A stretch of DNA of 64,000 bases from Cetorhinus maximus (lineage: Eukaryota): contig NC_135896.1 of the NCBI RefSeq assembly GCF_964194155.1, positions 46,252,001 through 46,316,000 on the forward strand. The letters are read 5' to 3'. A model generated the notes under the pieces. The model was not told where the DNA came from. It worked only from the letters and a program-made list of their open reading frames with translations, and did not search any database. This document shows, piece by piece, positions 35,607 through 48,966 of the stretch (the first letter of the stretch is position 1; the number at the start of each line of letters is the position of its first letter). The position numbers and the translations under genes are program-made.

Positions 35607-36069
35607 AGTGATTGCATTGGGGCAGGTTGGAGCTGGATTCACCATTTTTGAACTTATGACCACCCCTTCACACGGGTCCTAGGGGGTTAAAATTCCCTCT
35701 TTTGTGTTCATTTTCCATTGTGCTTTGAAAACTATAGCTTGAAAAATGCATTCAATTCTGTGGGATTCTGAAGGTGACATAATTGAGGCAGACACTGTTT
35801 GTTCCAGAAACAAAATAGTTCCAATAGGAATGTTAATAAAAATGTAACTCTTGTTGCCAAAAACTTAAATAAAAATACATTTGTTGACACTTTAATACAA
35901 AATAATTTTGTTTAAATGTTGTATCTAAGGTTTACCTTGTGATAACTTCTTATAGGCTATAATTCCTTATAAACTTTATACTGTGTCAGAGTGAGAAGAG
36001 GCCAACCATTATTTGACAAAATTTCCAGAGTGGTCACTTCCACATCTGCCTCCATCAGCTACCATCCAC

Positions 36070-36350
36070 TAAGAGGGCATTGGTGACCATGGACTTCCAT
36101 TGGATTGGTCCATGACTATGCTCGGCAAAGTATTGCCGTGGTTTGCTGGTGCCTTCTGCAGGATGGTTGACCAGGAAGCTCTCTCGCTCTTACCACCTGC
36201 CATCAGGCATATTACAGGCTGATAATCAACCTGCTTGGCGATGTTATGAATGCACCTTCCGTAGCCATCAAGTCCTAAAGTGGGACTCAAACCTGTAGCC
36301 ACTGGCCTATGGGTAGGGACATTACCATTGCACCACAAGACCTCCTCCAC
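36070..36350 (-). mobile_element. tRNA-derived SINE (same family as 51225-51510)
   Basis: Minus strand GGAGGTCTTGTGGTGCAATGGTA..GGTTTGAGTCCCACTTTAGGACTTGATGGC matches the head of the 51225 copy. Confidence 0.65.
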
Positions 36351-37745
36351 ATAAATTACTGGTTTGAATCCAAGGGTGGAATTTTATGGCCCAGCTGAAG
36401 TCAATGGTCTTTTGAATGGCTCACTGCATTTTACAGCCTCACCCCTGCTACGATGGGGCCGTAAAATGTATCATAAAATCTACCATAAAATCTGCTCCAA
36501 AAACTTGGGGCTACATTTTTGTTGGGGGTGTCAATGATAGCACTATACAGAAGGAGGAGCTAACAATTGTTACACCCAACTTCAACAATTCATCATACCA
36601 GCCAATGATAACTTGCATTTATGGGTACCTTCTATACATAAAACATCCCAATGTGCTTCGCAAGAGCATAATTGTAAATTGACATGCAGTCAAAGAGACA
36701 GGTTTTAGGAAGGGTGATCAAAGCTTGGCCAAAGAGTTGGATTTTAAGAAGGCTATAAATGGAAGAGGAAGAGTTGGAGAGGTTTGGAGAGGAAATTCCA
36801 CAGCTTAGAGGTTCATAAATACAAAATCGTAAACAACTTGCTATGTAACGTAGAATGATGATGGAACATATTTGAAAGTCACTGTGGCTTAAACAGCTCT
36901 CCCCCACATCCCCCTGCCCTCCGTCAGGCAGGTAAAGAATGCATGACATGAACAGTCTGAAAATTCAAAATGCAATGGAAAGAAGCAGTAAGAACAATTA
37001 CTAAGCCCCTGTGGCATGCAGTAATTTTTAATTCACATTTTCTATAAATGTACTTGCCTGTCCAAACATTGAGGATCTAAATAAATGCTCACATGCCTCG
37101 AATCTTTAGGCGAATTTTATGCATTTTCCAGAAAGAATAGCTACCAGTGCCTGATAATATTTACAGATACCTCTGAGCTAAAATTTCTAAAATTATGAGT
37201 CAACTGCTTTTGCCATGTTTTGTACTAGAGAGTGGATTTATGGCTTGCAAGTCCTGATGCTGGTCTGGGGGAGAGTTAGTGAGTACAGCTGTTCAATGGA
37301 AGTGAGGCATTTCTCCACAAAAACAAATAAGGGAACCCAGACCACAAGCATATAGCTTCTAACAGCAAAATGGCCAAAGAATTTGGAACACATCACCTCA
37401 CAGCCAGTGATTGTGTGACACAAGCAGAACTAGAACAGCAAAAGGAAAAAGGTGAAACTGGTGAGATTGTGTAATCCAAAACAGTCTCTTGGAAGCTGGA
37501 AGCATATTTGAGGGTTTCAGCAGCAAATGAAGCAGGACAGAGCAGGGTTACAAAGGTGGAAAGAAGCGGTCTTGTTGATGGTACAGATAAGTGGTCGGAA
37601 GTTCATCTTGGGGTCAAATGTTATATCAAGAGTGCAAACGGTCTACGATTGAGGTAGAGGGGTGTAGTTTCCAGGGAGAGGGATGTAGTTGAGTAGCAGG
37701 GACCAAAGGCAATGGCTTCAGTCTTCCCAATTTTTAATTGGAGGA

Positions 37746-37956
37746 ACAAGAATTGCTGGAAAGGCCCAACAGGTCAGGCAACATCTGTGGAGAGAAACAG
37801 ATTTGACATTTCAGATTTCAGGTTGAGTTGGAACAGTCATCTTGACTTGAACCATCAACTCAGTTCCTCTCCATAGATGCTGCCTGACCTGCTGAGCTTT
37901 TCCAACATTTGTGTTTTTATTTCAGATTTCCAGCATCTACAATGTTTTATTTTTGA
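37746..37956. mobile_element. Penelope-like inverted terminal-repeat insertion inside an old L2/CR1-type LINE (~37500-38050, minus)
   Basis: GCTGGAAAGG..AGGTCAGGCAACATCTGTGGAGAG and its reverse complement. TSD TTTA(A/C)TTGGAGGA at 37733-37745 and 37957-37969. Confidence 0.65.
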
Positions 37957-38062
37957 TTTACTTGGAGGACATTTCTTCTCATCCAGTACTGGATGTCAGA
38001 TAAGCAATGGGGGAATTCGAAAGAGATGGCGGTGAGATACCAAGGGGATAAATGATGATAAG

Positions 38063-38881
38063 AAATAGAGAATGTGAAATCATTCATTTTGGCAGGAAGA
38101 ATAAAAAAGAAATTTATTATCTAAAGGGTGAGAGATTACAGAGCTCTGAGATTCAGAGGGATCTGGGTGTCCTAGTGCATGAGTCACAAAAGGTTAGTAA
38201 GCAGGTACAGCAGGTAATTAGGAAAGCTAATAGAATGCTATCATTTATAGTGAGTGGAATTGATTACAAAAGTAGGGAGGTTATGCATCAGTTGTACAGG
38301 GCATTGGTGAGACTACATCAGGAGTATTGTGTACAGTACTGGTCTCCTTATTCAAAGAAAGATGTAAATGCTTTAGAAGCAGTTCAGAGAAGGTTTACTA
38401 AACCAATACCAGGAATGGGCGAGTTGTCTTCTGAGGAAAGGCTGGACAGGTTAGGTTTTTATCCACTGGAATTTAGAAGGGTAAGAGGCAGATTAATTGA
38501 AACATTTAAGATCCTGGGGGGGTCTTGATAGGGTGGATGTGGAGAGGATGTTTTCTCTTATAGGAGAGTCTAGAACTAGGCGTCACTGCTTAAAAATAAG
38601 GGGTTGTTCATTTAAGACAAAGATGAGGAGAAATTTTTCTCTCAGGGGGATTGAGAGCCTTTGGAACTCTCTTCCTCAAAAGGTGGTAGAAGAGAGTCTT
38701 TGAATATTTTTAAGGCAGAGCTAGATAGATTCTTGATAAACAAAAGGGTGAAAGGTTATCAGGGATAGGCAGGAATGTGGGGTTGAGGTTACATTCAGAT
38801 CAACCATGATCTTATTCAATGGCGGAGCAGGCTCGAGGGGCTGAGTGGCCTCCTCCTGCTCCTAATTTGTATGTTCTTATG
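38063..38881 (+). mobile_element. CR1 LINE 3' fragment
   Basis: CEIIHFGRKN, RDLGVLV, EYCVQYWSP, LEAVQRRFT; tail GTATGTTCTTATG. Confidence 0.9.
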
Positions 38882-39689
38882 AAAATACAACATATATGGA
38901 ACTGACTGCAAATAAAAGAGGATCCTTCTCTAGTGATAATGAATTACTGGTAGGTGGCTGAATGGACAGGTGACTTATCTTGGTTTACATGAATTATAGT
39001 AACTGATTAGTCTTTTTAAAAAGATGTTTTGTGAAGAGAACACATCAGGTTTTCAAATGACACCACCCAACAAAAGAGGTACAATGCTTTAAGGGTACTC
39101 CTCATCCTCATAGCGCAGGGACTTGTCTCTTCAGAATTATGGTGGCAATTCTATAGATGTGGAATATGAATATCAGCTGTGTACACTGAATATTTTACTA
39201 CATGACACACACATATACACTTTGTTGACAAAACTGAAGCTGAATTTTAATGAACGGCCCCAGACAGGTAAAGAAGGCACGATTGAAATATGGTGATCAA
39301 CAAATTAACACAAAAAAAGTAAATGGTTGAGTTAATGGTGTCTGTAGAGTCAATCTCAATCAGATCAGTTTCCCATTGGTTATTTTTCAAACTCCAACCG
39401 TTTTAATGAGCTCAGCTGTCTCATTCTGTCACTTCTCAGCTAGTGATCTTTTCAAGGAATTGTGTACATTTCACTCTGATCATCATCACTTGTCTTTCCC
39501 ACTTCTTCTGGAGCTTTCTAGCCTACATACTGTACCAGACATCTGCAATCCTTCACAACTTCTCACTCCCTCTGTTAATTTAAACAAAGAAAATTTATGA
39601 GCATATTTAACACACCATAGAACTAGCACCATTTCTTTATTTGGAGAATCAAATGGGATGCATGTGTTCTCTGTGATTGGACAGCATTG

Positions 39690-40045
39690 GTGGGAGAGAA
39701 GACTGAGGGTGGCCTGATGGACTCTTTAAGATTGTGAAAGGGTTTGATACGGTAGGCTTAGAGAAGGCTTGCAGGAAAGACCAGAAATAGGGAACATAGA
39801 TACACGATAATCACTAATAAATTTCTATACCCAGAAATGTGGAATTTGCTACCTTATGGAGTAGTTGAGGTGACTGGCATAGATGCATTTAAGGGGAAGC
39901 CCATGTAAACACAAGAGAGAAAAAAAAGAGGGATATGTTGATGGGGTTAAATGAAGAGTGGGAGGAGTCCCATATGGAACATGGACTTGTTGAGTCAAAT
40001 TGCATGTTCCTGTGCTGTAAATGCTATGAAATAAGATGTATTATA
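39690..40045 (+). mobile_element. Old CR1 3' tail
   Basis: AGACTGAGGG..GATGCATTTAAGGGGAAGC..CCTGTGCTGTAAAT. Confidence 0.6.
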
Positions 40046-40699
40046 TAAATTTTTAACTTCTTTTTATTGATCTTTTACATGTATACACATGCATACATAT
40101 TTATATAGGTATGCACATACATACACACTTGAATAAAATGAGATAAGGTGGTGACGTTTAATTAAATCAATACATTTTTAAAATGTTAAGAGGACACAAT
40201 AGCTTCAAGATTAGTTCAAGAACATAGACAGCTGGCCATTGTTTTGAGATAATTCTCCTATCTGCACTGTGCTTCATTTCTCTCTCCTCAGTGGACTGCA
40301 CATATTCTGTCACCATCGCCGCTGTCCCCTTATTGATTCCTGCTAAGCACAGCAGCAATTGGAAAGGAATCCTTTTACCAACTGTGTTCATATAGATATT
40401 AGTCTGTTTTGGAAACATTAGTAGAAGGGGAGCTCTCAGCTATTCATTTTTTTTAATCAGCTATAAAATATGAAAGAGAAATAAAAAATCAAAAGTTATA
40501 CTTAAGAGCTGAAACAAAAGTCAATGCATGCTATGAAAATCTCATAAGGCGTAACAATCCATAAAATATATTCTCTAAACATAGAAAATATTAAAATGAA
40601 AATGCCATACTTAAAAAGAGCTATTAAATCATTACATTTTAAGTGGCTTGAAGTCCACTGATGGGTCAGTGGTTAAATGCATCTTCTGATGTGAGCCAT

Positions 40700-42676
40700 A
40701 CAGACTACGAAAGGGAAGCATTCGTAAGGGCTAGAAGGCTGGGAACAGATGAAGCCCGTGGAGAATATAAAGAAAGTAGGAAGAAACTTAAGCAAGGAGT
40801 CAGGAGGGCTAAATGGGGTCATGAAATGTCACTGGCAACCAGGATTAAGGAAAATCCCAAGGCCTTTTATACATATGTAAAAAGCAAGAGGGTAGCCAGG
40901 GAAAGGATAGGCCCACTCAGGGACAGAGGTGGGAATCTGTGTGTGGAGCCAGAAGAAATGGGAGAGATACTAAATGAATATTTCTCATCAGTATTCACCA
41001 AAGAGAAGGACTTAGCAGTCGATTTGTCTAGGGAAGAGTGTGTAGATAGCCTGGATCATGTTGAGATCATAAAAGGTGTTAGGCGTCTTGAAAAATATTA
41101 AGGTGGATAAATCCCCAGGGCCAGATGGGATCTACCCCAGAGTACTGATGGAGGCAAGGGAGGAGATTGCTGGGGCCTTGACAGAAATCTTTGTATCCTC
41201 ACTGTCTACGGGTGAGGTCCCAGAGGACTGGAGAATGGCCAATGTTGTTCCATTGTTTAAGAAGGGTAGCAGGGATAATCCAGAAAATTACAGGCCGGTG
41301 AGCCTTACGTCAGTGGTAGGGAAATTATTGGAGAAGATTCTTCGTGACAGGATTCACTACTATTTGGAAGCAAATGGGCATATTAGTGAGAGGCAGCATG
41401 GTTTTGTGAAGGGGAGGTTGTGTCTCACTTACTTGATCGAGTTTTTCGAGGAAATGACAAAGATGATCGACGATGGAAGGGCAGTGGATGTTATATACAT
41501 GGATTTCAGTAAGGCCTTTGACAAGGTCCCTCATGGCAGACTGGTACAGAAGGTAAAGTCGCACAGGATCAGAGGTGAGCTGGCAGGATGGATACAGAAT
41601 TGGCTTGGTCATAGAAGACAGAGGGTAGCAGTGGAAGGCTGCTTTTCTGAATGGAGAGCTGTGACTAGTGGAGTTCTGCAGGGATCAGTGCTGGGACCTT
41701 TGCTGTTTGTCGTATACATAAACGATTTGGAGGAAAATGTAAGTGGGCTAATTAGTAAGTTTGCAGACGACACTAAGGTTGGAGGAGTTGCAGATAGTGA
41801 AGAGGATTGTCAAAGGATACAACGGGATATAGATCGGTTGGAGACTTGGGCGGAGAAATGGCAGGTGGAGTTTAATCCGGACAAATGCGAGGTAATGCAT
41901 TTTGGAAGGTCTAATACAGGCAGGAATTATACAGTAAATGGCAGAACCCTTAAGTGCATTGACGGGCAGAGGGATCTGGGTGTACAGGTCCACAGGTCAC
42001 TGAAAGTGGCAATGCAGGTGGATAAGGTCGTCAGGAAGGCATATGGCATACTTGCCTTCATTGGCAGGGGTATTGAGTGTAAAAGCTGAGAAGTCATGCT
42101 GCAGCTGTATAGAACCTTGGTTAGGCCACACTTGGAATATTGCATGCAATTCTGGTCGCCACATTACCAGAAGGATATGGAGGCGTTGGAGAGGGTGCAG
42201 TGGAGGTTTACCAGGATGCTGCCTGGTCTGGAGGTTATTAGCTATGAGGAGAGGTTGGAGAAATTCGGATTGTTTTCACTAGAGCGACGGAGATTGAGGG
42301 GCGACTTGATAAAAGTTTACAAAATTATGAGTGGCATGGACAGAGTAGATAGTCAGAAGCTTTTTCCCAGGGTGGAAGAGTCAATTACTAGGGGACATAG
42401 ATTTAAGGTGAGAGGAGAAAACAATAGAGGAGATGTGCGGGGCAAGTTTTTTACGCAGAGGGTAGTGGGTGTCTGGAATTCGCTGCCAGAGGTGGTGGAA
42501 GCAAGTACGATAGTGGTGTTTAAGAGGCAGATTGACAAATACAAGAATAGGATGGGAATAGAGGGATACGGACCCCGGAAGTGCAAAATGTTTTAGTTGA
42601 CGGGCAATATGATCGGCGCAGGCTTGGAGGGCCAAAGGGCCTGTTCCTGTGCTGTACTTTTCTTTGTTCTTTGTTC
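40700..42676 (+). mobile_element. Relatively young 5'-truncated CR1 LINE (RT domain)
   Basis: KSPGPDGI, NYRPVSLTS, QHGF, DFSKAFD, QGSVLGP, KFADD in the 337-aa ORF 41076-42089; few lesions; (TTCTTTG)n tail. Confidence 0.95.
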
Positions 42677-42690
42677 CGGATGTAATCCTG

Positions 42691-43270
42691 GGAAATAGAT
42701 TTTAACTGTCGGTCACTTGGTGGAGTGTGTTGCCAAGCGCAGATTGCATTACCATAGCCTGACAGGCTACAGGTGCCAGACAGGCACCACATTAATCACA
42801 CCACTCCTCATTAGCTTTATGTCAGTGCAGAATTAGGCAACCAAGAGACCAACCCCATTGGCAGGAAGGTGGGTCGGGGGGAGCTGAGAGAAATTGCAGA
42901 TGCTGGCAGCCTGGAGTAATGGTGGCCCACCTTGTTATTGTAAAGTCCAAGGAACTCTTCCTTCCCCTGGCCCACAAAAACATTTTAAGGTTACCTTTTT
43001 GGTGCCTCTTCTGCGGTACCACCTGTAAAGCCGGAAGTGTCCCTGGTACATCCTCTGCTGTGTTGTCCCTCAACATTACAATCAGAGTCCTTTGTATATC
43101 ATGGCATCCTGATGTGCACACTCCAAGGACTTACCACTTGAAGCAGATGAACACTCTGATGCCCTGGGTAAGGCCTCTTTGAGGATGATGTCTCCAGTAG
43201 TATAACTGTAGTCGTTTTCAGACCACTATCACCCCATTCAAACCAGGCAGTCCAAGTTAAAATCTACCCC
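42691..43270. mobile_element. Older TIR element (probable Harbinger-type MITE)
   Basis: TAGATTTTAACT at the left end and AGTTAAAATCTACCCC at the right end. Confidence 0.5.
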
Positions 43271-44398
43271 TTGATCTGTGCTGGGTTGGCTGTTCCCAGC
43301 CATGGAACGGGTTGGTCTTGGATTTGTGGGCAGACGTAGCACTAGAGGGGGATTGGCCTCAATGCCTCTTTAACTATTGCAGGAGGGAGTAAAAGCAGTC
43401 AATGCCCCTGTCCCAAGTGCTATCAAACTATTCATGATTTGGGTTGCTACTACTTCCCATGGCAGAAATTGGATGGAACTTAGATCTGGATTTTAGACAG
43501 AAAGTGATGTCAATCATAAGAATATGACATCTTATTTCTTTCTTTGCAATCAGGAATTTGTTGAAATCCCTAAAAAAAAGTTCTAAAAATCCCATGCTTT
43601 AGCCATTTTTCTGCTTAATGGTTAGATTTAGATTTACAGTATATTTGTTTATTTAGATTTAAAAAATACTTTTAGAATAGAATTCCCACCCAAAATTTCA
43701 ATGAAGATAATTTAAAAATAGCTTAATACTAGTTAATTTCACCAAAATTTCAATAAAATTTTAGTAGATCTACTCTTAATTGAATCTATGATAATGTGGA
43801 TGGAAAGTGTTTGGTGTCTGCACATTACTGCTTGCTCCTCTTGTGATAAGATATGAACTGCAGAAACTCATAATAGTTAAGATTAAGCAGGGAATCCGAA
43901 GACACTTAATCACTTGATGCTTCCTGTCCTTGATAGTCCAAGAACTGGGAAACATTTACAGAAGGCCAGGTAAATTCATGCCAGAAAGAAAAGACAACAC
44001 AACTGAAAGATTTTGTTTTACAGAAAATACCTTCTATGGTTAAATATGGTTCTATGGCCATTTTAGTAGCGTGTCAGATCTTCAAGAGTTTAAAAAAAAA
44101 CTGCAAAGGTTAGCATATTATAAAGGGTAATCAGCTCAATATTTATTTATTAATCCTCACTTTTTATTTACAATTCCAGCACAGAGCTCATTAAGTATCA
44201 AAAACAAACACCATGCACTTGCATTTTTAATCTGTATTCTTTGTATTTCTCTGTTAAAGTGAGAGAATTGTTGCCTACGTAAATCAATTTCCAGAAATCA
44301 AGCAGTCCTTTACAACATTCAAATGTAAATATAACATAATAAGAATGTATCAAAATGGATTATTAATCTTTGTGGTTATAATGTACATGCAATTCCAT

Positions 44399-45671
44399 GG
44401 CCTGAATTTTTCCCTTGTTGGACACGCGTGATCGGTGAGCCCAGGAGGGGTCGGGAAACGGGCCCCTGACCGTGATCAGCCCTCGACTGCGATTTCAGGC
44501 TGGCCAGCGTGAAACACGCGCTGTAAAGCTCAGTGCTGCCGGGGTGGGGGCGGGCGACGACATCACCGTGGATGTGGATGAGCGCTTCCACTGAGCTCCC
44601 TGAAGGCAGACAGCTGCCTCAAATAGTAAAATAAATAAAGCACAAAAAAGCTGCAAAAAGTGTCCATGCAGCACAATCAAGCACCTGAAAGCATACCTCA
44701 TAAAAATGCTGTCCCCAGGGCCTGAATTTTTCAGGTGCCGGGCGGACTCGGCAGGAGTGGTCATGGAACCGATCACCGCCCGCGTTTGGCTCTGTGCCGC
44801 CATTTTACGTTGGCGGGCCAATTAAGGCCCGCCCAGCCTAATATGCGAGCCGTAGCGCTTGGGGGGGGGGGGGGGGGGGGAGGAGGGAGAGTCGGGGCCA
44901 GTGCTCTTTCATGCATGCGCGCGAAAGAGCGCTTCAGTCTCCCTGAGGCACGGAGATGCTTCAGGGAGATTGAATTGATGTTCAAAAAATTAAATAAATG
45001 GTTGAAAAATTTAATTAAACATGTCCCCTCAGCGTCACATGAGATGGGACATGTTTTTATCTTTAGGAAAACATTCTTATTTATTTCATAAAAACTTTAG
45101 GAAGCATCATCCCGCTCGTGGATGAGGTTTCCTAAAAAATGCGAAGGCCGCTTGGCCTTTTCGCCTGCCCACCAACCTTAAGGTTGAACAAGCAGCATTA
45201 CTAATGACACCAATTGCTTTCTTAATGGCCTTAATAGGCCATTTACATATTGGCGTGCGCCCGCCGAACGCCCAAAGTCATCGTGTGTCAATTTACGCGT
45301 TGGCGTGTCGGGCCCGCCCCTGCACACCAACTGAAAAATCCTGCCACAGGTATTTCTTTGTCTTTTATTTCCTAATGGAGATTTCATCCCTTGGATGAGG
45401 TTTCATCAAAAATGTAAAGGCCGCCTGGCTGATTGGTCCATCCGCCAACTGTAAGGTTGGACTGGCCACAAAAAATCGCTGACAATTACGCCGTTTGTGG
45501 GCTTAATTTCCCACTTGTTGGCGGGCACATGCAGCAGTCAGAAGCACCCCCGCCGAGTGAAATATGTGAATGTGCGATCACATCAGGAAGCTCGCCCGAT
45601 GTCATCTCTCGTGATTTTACGCCCGTTGGGGGTCAGGCATGCGCCCGCCCATGGAACGCAAAATTCTGCCC
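44399..45671. mobile_element. Harbinger MITE (outer element)
   Basis: GGCCTGAATTTT / AAAATTCTGCCC termini; TSD CAT. Confidence 0.85.
44719..45346. mobile_element. Harbinger MITE nested in another MITE
   Basis: GGCCTGAATTTT / AAAATCCTGCCA termini; TSD CAG. Confidence 0.85.
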
Positions 45672-45787
45672 CATATTTAGCATTGAAAATATTGTTATTC
45701 TTGCAGTATTTGACATGAAATCATTCAGTTAAAATGTTCATCTGAAAGACTTCATGACTCAGTAACTTCACAATAAATAAATCAAGG

Positions 45788-46145
45788 TTGACACTCCAGT
45801 GCAGTATTGATGGAGCACTGCACTGTCTGAGGTGTCATCTTTTGGATGAGACATTAAATGGATGCTCAGGTGGATGTAAAAGATCCCATGGCACTATTTT
45901 GAAGGAGGACAGGGGTGTTATTCCTGGTGTCTTGGCCAATACTTATCCCTCAGTCAGCATCACAAAGACAGATTACCTGGTTATTATTACATTACTTTGT
46001 GGGAGTTTGCTGAGCACAAATTAGTTGCCACATCTCCGACATTACAATAGTGACAGCATGTCAAATGTACTTGATTAACTGAAAAGTGCTTTGAGACGTC
46101 CAATGGTCATGAAAAGCCCTATATACATCCAAGTCTTTCTTTTAG
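45788..46145 (+). mobile_element. Deu-domain SINE
   Basis: GCACTGTCTGAGGTGTCATCTTTTGGATGAGACATTAAA..AAAGATCCCATGGCACTATTT core; tail AAGTCTTTCTTTT. Confidence 0.75.
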
Positions 46146-48306
46146 AACAAGTATTAAATGCCAGATATGAGGGCCTGCTGTTGGGACACAATGAGAGTAA
46201 ACCTGGCTGAATGAATTGGTACCATATGAGATCTGCATTTGTGACCCCACATTCTACTGCTTCAAGATGCAGTGCATCAGAGTGATTGACTGTGCCACTT
46301 AAGGTGAACTATTTGAAAACTAAGAAAATTCTTAAAATTGGTGGTTGTTTTTGTCATGAGAACTAAATGCAACAAGAGCTCTGAAGAACTTGTAATATTG
46401 TGACAACACTGATAACCACTGCTCCATGAGTACTGGAATTCATTGTCATGGCTGCATTGTGAAGAATCGCGTGCAAAGCAGTAATTCAGGGCACAACTTA
46501 CATGTTCTTTTCAATTAGTCTCACATTAGAATGCCAAAATGCATGAAAAATCATGTTTATATGTCTTAGAAAAATAGTACAAAGGCTTGAACTACAAGGA
46601 AGATTCCAAAACAGAATCCAACACAGGCCTTACTACTAATACATTATGGTAACGGTTTGTCTAATAAACAATAAAAACCTGATATTTATATTTCCATCAC
46701 TGCTATTTTGGCTACTTTCACTGGCAGTGTTGAATTTATGCCCATTGTGCCAATCAGAGGGCGTTTTTGCGCCGCAGGGATTTGTGCATTTGGAACTTGA
46801 TAGTAGCTGCTCAAACAAATTTTAGTTAGAGGGGGAGGGGGAGAGACAGAGATCTGTCTGGGATCAATTTGAACAAAAGTCCCAGATGTGGCAAGTTGAT
46901 GTTTGAATCAGCTACACCGCCTAGTCTTTCTAAACAGTTGTCCAGAAAAATGATTTTTGACTGCAATCAAAGTAGAACTTTTGAATCAATTTCCTGTACA
47001 CAATATTTCCATGGAAACCATAACTGAAATTGCCACAGTGATATCAAATTTGGGGCCTATTTGTATTGTGGAATTTCATCCTATAGGGAGTAGGTCAAAG
47101 TTTCCAAACCTCAATTCATTTGTAACTTATAACAGCTGTTAGGGAGTAAAGGCAGTTAACTATGTGTGATGGACAGAATTTGTGTGTTCCTTTTTACTGC
47201 CTGTAATCAATAGTTTTGTAATAAAAGGTGTGTGTTTTCTTATCCTCAGAGTGATTGTCCCAATTTAAATAATTTGCAGCGGTAAGCTTTTTGTGAGTTT
47301 TAAAATAAAGGTTAATTATTATCACACATGTTTAAAATGTGATGTCTTACTTATTTACACATCTAGGACTAGATACAGATCAAGGCAAAACAATACAATT
47401 ACAATTTATGGTTTTCTCAGTCTCTTTCATGGCAAGCCTGTAGTTTCTTAGATGTGTTGATGTGAAGGCCTTGTAAAGCAAAGGGTTTCCAGTAATCTGT
47501 GAGACTTCTCGTTGTAGAATTTCCAGGAGGTTGGTTCTCAGGTGATCTTGAAATTGGAAAAGGTTTGGGGAAGTGGGGTAGGGGTGTGCCCTTCTCCCAC
47601 TTTCAAGGTATTGCTGTTTATAACCCTGGCTGCTTAGGTGACTTGCAGATGGTTCAACAGCTTTCTGATGGAATTCTGTTTGCAGAACAACTTCTTGCTG
47701 TTATTTTTAAAGAAAACAGAAAGGATGGCTATCTCATCACATGATCTTTTACAAGCCCAAAGTCCTTTTACAAATAAGGTAGGTGGTTAGGTCAATTATA
47801 CATCCTGTGTTATGGATTTCACGCCTTGAGTTTGAGACAGCCCATGTCTTTGTATCTGAATGATCCATTCAATTTGAAATTACCCTTTTGAATTAGTTTT
47901 CAGGAAAAGGCATCGAGTCAACATCAGTCTGAAAGGTTCCTTTTGTTCCCTCTTGAGACAGGGGAGTATTTCAATCCATATGAAAAGTCAGTTGATCCTT
48001 GGGTGGCTAGCCTTTTGTAGCCATATGTCATCAGTTTAAAATATAAAAATTAGTTTGAAATTCAGAATATACAGGGACATGATGTTTGTTTTTTAGAATG
48101 AATTCAGTGTCCTACACTTACATAAGTAACTAATTATATAGCTGAAATTAAATATTGTAATAAATATGTTACCAGCATTTTACAATTAATTTGCAAAATG
48201 TACCAATGATATCTTTTCTAAAATAAATCATCTAAAGTAGAAACCATGATAGAAAATAATTTAATTTTATGAGAATTGATGCTACTGTGCTTACATATTA
48301 TTGCAT

Positions 48307-48966
48307 ACAGACTCCGAGTCATTATGGCACAGGAAGAGGCTGTTCAGCCCATCAAGTCTATGCTAGTACTCTGTAGATCCAGTCCCATTCACTGCTTTAT
48401 CCCCACAGCCCAGCAAGTTTATTTCCCTCAAGTGCCCATTCAATTTCCTTTCAAAATCATTGATTGTCTCCACTTCCAACACCCTCAAGGGCAGTGAGTT
48501 CCAGGTTATCACCACTCACTATGTAAAAAAATTCTTCCTCACATCATTCCTGAATCTCTTGTCCAGAAACTTAAATCTGTGCTTCCTAGGCTTAGTGTGA
48601 TCAGCTAATGGGAACAGTTTTTCCTTGTATACCTTACCTAAACTGTCATAATCTTGTAAACCTCTCTCAAATCTCCTCTGCTCCAAGGAGAACAGCCTCA
48701 ACTTTTCCAACCTAGCCTCGTAATGAAAATCCACCATCCCTCGAACCATTCAGGTAAATCTCTTCTGCACTCTTTCAAGGACCCTCATATCCTTCTTAAA
48801 GTGCGGAGACCAGAACTGGATGCAATACTCTAGTTGCGACCTAACCAGAGCTTTATAAAAAGGTTCAGCATAACTTCCCTACTTTTGTACTCAAAACCTC
48901 CATTTATGAAGCGTAAGATCCCATTTGCTTTGCTAATTACTCTCTCGGTATGTTCTGCCACCTTCA
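48307..48966 (-). mobile_element. CR1 LINE 3' fragment
   Basis: YEARLEKLRLFSLEQRR, RKNFFT. Confidence 0.85.

Noticed and set aside
41076-42089. Long intact-looking RT ORF as a possible domesticated gene
   Set aside because: It is an ordinary 5'-truncated CR1 with a frameshift upstream, an in-frame stop at 42087-42089 and a normal CR1 tail.
47163-48116. Possible solo LTR (TG...CA ends)
   Set aside because: No matching TSD and no second copy in the window to define it.
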